A stretch of 47,855 nucleotides of DNA. Origin: Thecamonas trahens ATCC 50062 (lineage: Eukaryota > Protista > Apusomonadida). The notes under the pieces were generated by a model. That model saw only the letters and a list, made by a program, of their open reading frames with translations. It had not been told where the DNA came from and did not search any database. Shown here piece by piece: positions 41,853 to 47,855 of this stretch (the stretch's first letter is position 1; each line of letters starts with the position of its first letter). The position numbers were made by a program, and so were the translations under genes. Location of the stretch: contig NW_013657644.1 of NCBI RefSeq assembly GCF_000142905.1, positions 66,285 to 114,139 of the forward strand. Direction: 5' to 3'.

Positions 41853-44800
41853 GTGGATAACCTGCTGGTGTTCATGAATGCGGCGCTGGAGAGAGCGCAA
41901 CTGGAGATCCGGCTCGAGTCGCTGCGGAACGTCACGCCGTATGTGTTACACATGGTACTCTCGCTACTGGAGCTTGAGCTGGCGGCTGTGGCAGTCTCGG
42001 AGATCCGCGCAGGCAATGTGGCTGTGAATGGCAAACGCCTGTCGCGTCCGTTGTCACGTGTCCAGTCTGAAACATCCCCGTTGACATTCTCCGAGTCGTT
42101 TGTACCGACGCCTGGGCCGCTGATCTCGTTTCTGGACGCGAGACACGAAGGCAGCATCGAGAGACCGGCTGGACCAGCGGCGGCGACGTCGCCGCCGCCG
42201 CTTGCTTCAGGCGCCCGGGACAGCACCCGCAACTTGTGGGCGACCTCCCCGAAGGCTCCTGTTGAGTCGCCGGACTCTACATCAGGCGTCACGTCCGAAG
42301 CAGATCTTGTCCCGCCGCTGACGGGCACGCATCCGCTGCTGGTCTCGGTGCTCACTGCTGAACGCTACCCAGCGCTGGCTCCGCTACTGTGCGACGAGAA
42401 AGGGAGCGCAAGCGAGCCGTCGTCGGCGCGTGGGACGCGCAAGATCGAATATGCGCCGCAGACCTCTGCTCGGTCAGCTGCCTCGGAGATCTTTTCCTTC
42501 AACGCCAGCCAAGGCAGCATCGCGTTGCAGTGCTCGGGCAGCACCGGGCTTTTGGGCTCGATGGCGGAGCACTCGAGCAACCTGGACAACACAATGGGAC
42601 TTGTGGTCAACGTCGACGACGTCCATTGCGCACCGCCCCACACCATGTTTTCGGCAACAACGCCCGAGCTGTCTGCCTCGCAGCGCGAGAAAGCGCATCG
42701 CACGGTCGAAACGCCGCCGCCGCCGGCCGGGCATTTGCGGCATATATGGCAGCTAGGCTCGGCTATGTCGCTGGTGGCGTACCGCTACATCCTGGCGACA
42801 GGCATGCCGACCGAGGAGCGCTCAACGTATATTTGGTCGCTGGAGGAGTTTGACCTTGCCGAGAACCAGCTCTTCCACTTTCTTCTCACGGTCCAGGCCC
42901 ACTACGAGGGCTACATGGGCCAGTTTTTGGTCTCGCACACATCGCCGCTCTTCGCGGAGCTGCTGGCGCCTGCACTTGTTTCGCAGTCGCAGGCAGGTGC
43001 GCGGCCGAGCGGATCAGACACGGCAGACGGGCTGTCGAGCTCGGAGCCACAGAAGCCCGGCAGCACCCTTACTCCGGGTCGCTCTCTTCCCTTGCAAAGA
43101 ACAGGAGGCAATGCCTGCACATCGGGCGAGACGAGCAGTGACTCGGACGAGACCCGTCTAGTGGCCTCGGAGACCGACGAGGGTAGCGCGACTGACACGA
43201 TTGGCGAGCCGGGCTCGCGTACGAGAGGAAAGAGTCCCTTGAAGCGGGTTCGGCGAAACACCGTCTCGACTATCCCGCGGGCAACGCCGCCGCAACGCCT
43301 GTCCGGGCGCCACGCGTGGATGGCCAGCTCGTCAAGCTCGAGCTCGTCGCCGACGCGTGGGCCAAGAGATTCGGACGAGTCCCACTCGGCGTCGTCGGTT
43401 CCTTCGCCTCGGTCAGCCACCTTTTCGGCTTCGGTCGAGCGGTCATCAACCGAGTCACGAACTGACTCGGCATCGTCGAGCGACACGTGTGTCGTCGACT
43501 CATCGGCCTCGACCGACTCGAGCTGGTCGTCGATGACAACGGTGACGGACCGGCCACTTGAGAACGATGTTATTCGGGCGAGTGAGTACTACACGCTCTC
43601 GTTCATGACGTTCAAGGTGACGATGGCATCGTGGGTGGTCTCGACGCTCGACACCGCCGGTGTCACGCTCCCGTTTCCCGGAGTGGTCAACTACTTGCTG
43701 GATGCGCCGGTCGACCCGCTGCGCAACGCGTGGATTGTGCGGCTTATGGCGGAGGCGAAGCTCAGCGAGGCGCTTGCGGCCAAGTCGGACGCCCTTCCTG
43801 AGCTTGCCCGGCCGGAGCCAGTGTCTGTTCTGGCAGCGTCTCATGTGGCCCAAGATGAGGAGGCCATGGCTGTGGTGGCGCGCCGGGCGCGAGCCGAAGT
43901 CCGGGCGATGTGTACCACGCTCTGTGGCCTCTTTGAGCTTGGCGTTGAGCCCATCGATGGCAGCGTACGGCGTGAGTGGCGGTTCGACGAGTCGTGGATG
44001 CGGTATGACCCGCGGCTGCGGGCATTCAAGCCCGAAGCCGATCCTGCGATGCCGGTGTGGAGTGCAACAGGTGACGACTCCAAGTTTATCTCGCCGCGGC
44101 TCACGTCGCGGCTCCCACTGTTTCTCTTCCAGGCGCTAGCGTGTGTGGCCCGGGCAGCAGACGAGGGCTACTGGCTCCCGCCGCGGGTGTACTGCTTTGT
44201 GGGCTCGGACGGTGGGGACACGGCGTTGGTGACAAGCGAGCGCGGGCGCGAGAACCGGCTTCCGCTTATGGTTACGCTCACCGACGAAGAGACGGGCCTC
44301 TCGTTTGACATCCGCACCAAGCGGGCGGTGCTCTCGCGCGAGGTGCGGTCGTCCGCTGATCGGGCGCGCGCCAAGCGGTCGATGGCACAGCGCGGGATCG
44401 ACCTCTCGTCGTACGAGTGGATCGATGTCAAGCTCGGTCTACTCTCGGTCCCACACGTCGGCTTTGTGTACCATCCGGTACGGCAGCGGTTCATGATCCG
44501 CAACGTCAACTCGTGGCACGCCAACGATACCTTTTATGGCGGGCTCAAGCTCGCCGACGCCGAGCGGTTGGTCAAAGACGCCGATGACTTGCTCGCGCTC
44601 GAGCTGGTCTCGGGCAAGGCGCTGGTGGTCAAGGCTGGTGCCGACGACGCTCAGGGTGGCGTGGTGTCGTTCCGAGTTACGTTTGAGCAGGGCGTGCGAA
44701 GCCACCTCGACACGGCGGAACGGTTGGCATCCAAGCCGGGCCAAGTGGCGCGGCTGCAGATCGGGCCGGACCCGCCGTCGCGGCTGCTAGCCTGCGTCCT

Positions 44801-47108
44801 TGCGCTTGCGCAGAACGCGTTTATCGATGCGGTGTGGGCAGCCGAGTGGCAAAAGCTGCTGCCGCTGGTTGCCGACGTGGCGCCGTACGCTGAGCTTGTC
44901 CCGCGGCTGGCGCCCGAGCTCCGCATGGCCGACCTCGTCCCGTCTGCCGAGCTGCGTGAGTCTCAAACCCTGTCTTGGGCCGTCTCGGGCTACTTGGACG
45001 ACGGCGTAGCCGACGTACCGGAGCCGCTGCGCTCGCGGGCGCAGGCCGTTCTTGTCTTTCTGCACCTCCAGCGTGTCGGTCTCCAGGCCGCGCACGACGG
45101 TCGGGAGCAAGGCTCGATGGTCAGATCGAGCGGGGTGGGCGCGCTCTCGGTGTCGATGCCAACGTCGGTGGGGGATCAGACGGCATCGGACATGATGGTC
45201 ATGCAGCGGACCAATGATGGTGCGCCGCAGCGGCAGAGCCAGTGGCGTGGCAACTCGATGAGCTCGTCGCTCGAGCTGCTCGAGGTGGAGAAAGAGAGCA
45301 CTCGGCTCTTTGCGCTCTTTGCCTTTGCCACCAAGGTCCAGGCGCAGCACGTGGCGCTCGGGGTGTTGTGGCGGCTGCTGCAGGTTGTCAACGTGGAGAA
45401 CAACGGGCTGGCCGGCAAGAAGAAGACGCCCGGCGAGCTGCGGGTGAAGTTGTTTGGCAAGTCGCTAGTGAGCGGTGCGGCATGTGGAGGTAGAGGCAAG
45501 GCGGGCGGGCGGGTGCCGAGCCCGAGCCAGGCTCCGGTTGTCACCCTTGACGCCAAGTCGGATCGAATGGCCAAGCTCAAGGCGCGGCGTGCGGCGCGGG
45601 CCAAGGAGCGCAAGGAGTCCGAGCGGGCGTCGCGCGGGCACGACGGGGTGCAGCTGAGTGCGGCGCTGGCTGCGTCGAACGGGGTCTCTCCCTCGGGGCC
45701 GGCGCCTGTGGCGGGTGCGGTTGGGCCGGTTGTCCTCGGCTCGTCGCTCCTCGACTCGGCCAAGATGGCGGCGAGTGTGCGGTTTTTCAGTGAGGGGCGG
45801 TTTGGCGGCGAGACAGTGCTCCATCACGCTGTTCGCGGGCAGATGATTGACGTTGTGCACTACATCCTCGCGTTAGGCATTGTGTCTGTGAAGGAGCGGA
45901 ACAACTCGGGCTTCACCGCGCTGTACACTGCCGCGATGCTCGGCAACACACGCCTGAGCGCAATGCTGCTGCTTGCCGGCTCGCGGGTGGACGAGGCGTG
46001 TGGTCTCAACCACGAGACGACCATCTTGCACGAGGTGGCGCAGGCCAACTTGCTGGAGATTATGGCACTGATTGTGGAGCTCACAGACGATACCAAGTAC
46101 GGAGTGCTCGATGCGCACGGGCGGACGGCGCTGCAGCTCGCGGGCTCGGTGGAGATGACCAACGTGCTCAAAGCCATGACGCCACAGCTTCCGCCCAACT
46201 TTAACGTTATTGACTTTTCCGAGGTCCTGATCGGCCCGCGGCTCGGCGAGGGTGGGTTCTGCACCGTCTACGCCGGCAAGTACTCCGGGTGGGAGGTTGC
46301 GGTGAAGCAGATGAAGGTGACTGTCGACGAGCAGCTGCGTGACCCGGAGATGACAACGACGTTTATCCGCGAAATCGGGTTCCTCACCAAGCTTGTCCAC
46401 CCCAACGTGGTGCGGCTCTACGGCGTGTCGCAGGGCGAGAAGCCTGCACGGTGGCACATTGTCACCGAACTGTGCGAGAACGGGACTCTGGCGCGGTTGC
46501 TGGACCGTGCGGCGACGCTCGCGTGGTCGACGCTGCACATGGTGGCCATGGACGTGGTCCGGGCAATGGCATATCTACACACACGCGCTCCGGTCGTCTT
46601 TCACTGCGACATTAAGCCGTCGAACATCCTGCTCGACCGCTCGCTGAGGGCGCGGCTCTCGGACTTTGGCCTCTCGCGAGAGGACGAGGCAGCCGACGAC
46701 AAGGCTCAGCCGTCGCAGAGCCTGGTGGGCACGGTGCGATACATTGCGCCCGAAGTTATGTCCAATGGTGTCGGCTCGTACTCGCGCAAGGCAGACGTCT
46801 TTTCGTTTGGCGTCATGCTGTGGGAGATGATGTTTGCCTACGTCCACGGCACCCACATCCTGCCGTACGACACGATGAGCGGGCCTTCGGCGCCCGACGC
46901 GCCCAAGCCTGCCGGTGAGGGCGCAACACTCGACTCACACCTTGTTCTCCTCATCTCGACTAACGAGGTTGTCCTCGACATGAGCGGTCTGCCCAAGGGC
47001 GCGGTCGAGCTCCTCCAGAAGCTCATTCATCCCTCGCCAAGCGTCCGCCCGCTGTTCTCCGAACTCGGCGACATGCTCGCGGCGGTGGAGAATGTGCGGC
47101 GGCTGTAA
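41853..47108 (+). CDS. Large ankyrin-repeat TKL-group protein kinase (5' exon(s) probably in the gap)
   Basis: Ankyrin repeats GETVLHHAV, SGFTALYTAA, ETTILHEVA, HGRTALQLA. Kinase motifs LGEGGFCTV, VAVK, FIREI, HPNVVRLYG, HCDIKPSN, DFG, GTVRYIAPE, ADVFSFGVMLWEM. The ORF starts right after a TAG acceptor at 41850-41852. Confidence 0.88.
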   Translation: MDNLLVFMNAALERAQLEIRLESLRNVTPYVLHMVLSLLELELAAVAVSEIRAGNVAVNGKRLSRPLSRVQSETSPLTFSESFVPTPGPLISFLDARHEGSIERPAGPAAATSPPPLASGARDSTRNLWATSPKAPVESPDSTSGVTSEADLVPPLTGTHPLLVSVLTAERYPALAPLLCDEKGSASEPSSARGTRKIEYAPQTSARSAASEIFSFNASQGSIALQCSGSTGLLGSMAEHSSNLDNTMGLVVNVDDVHCAPPHTMFSATTPELSASQREKAHRTVETPPPPAGHLRHIWQLGSAMSLVAYRYILATGMPTEERSTYIWSLEEFDLAENQLFHFLLTVQAHYEGYMGQFLVSHTSPLFAELLAPALVSQSQAGARPSGSDTADGLSSSEPQKPGSTLTPGRSLPLQRTGGNACTSGETSSDSDETRLVASETDEGSATDTIGEPGSRTRGKSPLKRVRRNTVSTIPRATPPQRLSGRHAWMASSSSSSSSPTRGPRDSDESHSASSVPSPRSATFSASVERSSTESRTDSASSSDTCVVDSSASTDSSWSSMTTVTDRPLENDVIRASEYYTLSFMTFKVTMASWVVSTLDTAGVTLPFPGVVNYLLDAPVDPLRNAWIVRLMAEAKLSEALAAKSDALPELARPEPVSVLAASHVAQDEEAMAVVARRARAEVRAMCTTLCGLFELGVEPIDGSVRREWRFDESWMRYDPRLRAFKPEADPAMPVWSATGDDSKFISPRLTSRLPLFLFQALACVARAADEGYWLPPRVYCFVGSDGGDTALVTSERGRENRLPLMVTLTDEETGLSFDIRTKRAVLSREVRSSADRARAKRSMAQRGIDLSSYEWIDVKLGLLSVPHVGFVYHPVRQRFMIRNVNSWHANDTFYGGLKLADAERLVKDADDLLALELVSGKALVVKAGADDAQGGVVSFRVTFEQGVRSHLDTAERLASKPGQVARLQIGPDPPSRLLACVLALAQNAFIDAVWAAEWQKLLPLVADVAPYAELVPRLAPELRMADLVPSAELRESQTLSWAVSGYLDDGVADVPEPLRSRAQAVLVFLHLQRVGLQAAHDGREQGSMVRSSGVGALSVSMPTSVGDQTASDMMVMQRTNDGAPQRQSQWRGNSMSSSLELLEVEKESTRLFALFAFATKVQAQHVALGVLWRLLQVVNVENNGLAGKKKTPGELRVKLFGKSLVSGAACGGRGKAGGRVPSPSQAPVVTLDAKSDRMAKLKARRAARAKERKESERASRGHDGVQLSAALAASNGVSPSGPAPVAGAVGPVVLGSSLLDSAKMAASVRFFSEGRFGGETVLHHAVRGQMIDVVHYILALGIVSVKERNNSGFTALYTAAMLGNTRLSAMLLLAGSRVDEACGLNHETTILHEVAQANLLEIMALIVELTDDTKYGVLDAHGRTALQLAGSVEMTNVLKAMTPQLPPNFNVIDFSEVLIGPRLGEGGFCTVYAGKYSGWEVAVKQMKVTVDEQLRDPEMTTTFIREIGFLTKLVHPNVVRLYGVSQGEKPARWHIVTELCENGTLARLLDRAATLAWSTLHMVAMDVVRAMAYLHTRAPVVFHCDIKPSNILLDRSLRARLSDFGLSREDEAADDKAQPSQSLVGTVRYIAPEVMSNGVGSYSRKADVFSFGVMLWEMMFAYVHGTHILPYDTMSGPSAPDAPKPAGEGATLDSHLVLLISTNEVVLDMSGLPKGAVELLQKLIHPSPSVRPLFSELGDMLAAVENVRRL

Positions 47109-47196
47109 AGTGGCGTCATTGTCGTGTGCATGTTACGTGGGGCCATGACAGAGATCAGAGGGAGGGGGAGGGGGGGGGGGGAAGGAGGGGAAATTA

Positions 47197-47822
47197 TCAG
47201 CAGCACTTCTTCTTCTTGGCCGGGGCAGCGTCGTCGTTCTCGTTGTCGACAACGATGACCTTGGAGGCGTTATTGGCCATGGGCTTGGTCTTGCCCGAGC
47301 CGGCAGCGTCCGAGTTCATCGACTTGCGCGACACCTTTTCGTAAATCTTGGTGAGGATGGAGGAGAAGGCCTCCTCGACGTTGGAGGCGTCGAGAGCAGA
47401 GGTCTCGATGAAGGAGATGCCGTTTTCCTGGGCAAAGGCCTCGGCGTCCTCTGTCATGACGACGCGCAGGTGACGCAAATCGGACTTGTTGCCGACCAGC
47501 ATGACCTCGATGTGGTTCTCGGCGTGGTCGCGAAGCTCCTTGAGCCAGCGCTCGACATTGGAGAAGGTCTCATACTTTGAGATGTCGTAAACAAGGAGGG
47601 CACCGACCGCGCCACGGTAGTAGGCCGAGGTAATGGCCCTGTACCGCTCCTGGCCAGCAGTATCCCAGATCTGTGCCTTGAGCACCTTGCCGTCATCAGT
47701 CGAGATGGAACGGGTGGCAAACTCGACTCCGATGGTCGACTTTGACTCGAGCGAGAACTCGTCGCGGGTGAACCGGGAGAGCAGGTTGGACTTGCCGACG
47801 GCCGAGTCACCGATAAGAACGA
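47197..47822 (-). CDS. RAB11: Rab11-family small GTPase (3' exon; first exon outside the window)
   Basis: [72 protein letters not shown] and a C-terminal CC. AG acceptor at 47824-47823. Confidence 0.95.
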
Positions 47823-47855
47823 CTGTGTATGAGAGGGGGAGGGGGGGGGGGGGGG

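Noticed and set aside
47780-47815. Rab11 P-loop GDSAVGKS instead of GDSGVGKS
   Set aside because: Ala at this position is a known variant in Rab11/RabA and other Rab subfamilies.

Overview
Gene-dense, GC-rich, intron-poor eukaryotic draft genomic DNA with four N-gaps. An LRRC23-like gene points to a flagellated protist; the style resembles an apusomonad such as Thecamonas, but that is inference only. About 19 protein-coding genes are supported, in order: a SNAP25/29-like Qbc-SNARE, a divergent kinesin, AMACR, a 3xRRM polyQ protein, a coiled-coil/PDZ protein, an ATP7-like Cu-ATPase, an atypical MAPK, a UBR-box E3 ligase, a PH protein, a 59-aa membrane ORF, proteasome beta-7, a TerD-LRRC23 fusion, a DHHC palmitoyltransferase, USP7, a PH-RhoGAP-SH3 protein, GPN3, a 2-TM hypothetical, an ankyrin/TKL kinase and Rab11. 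I corrected several ORF-track models using GT-AG introns near the 5' ends. The best candidate for undescribed biology is a single ORF fusing a TerD domain, split by acidic inserts, to an LRRC23-like radial-spoke LRR module. Other notable items are a MAPK with E-A-V in place of T-x-Y, a seven-MBD copper ATPase, a non-RD ankyrin kinase with a large unassigned region, and a palindromic stop-codon overlap of two convergent genes. No rRNA, tRNA, CRISPR array or transposon was recognised. All family calls come from motif recognition by eye; no searches were run.
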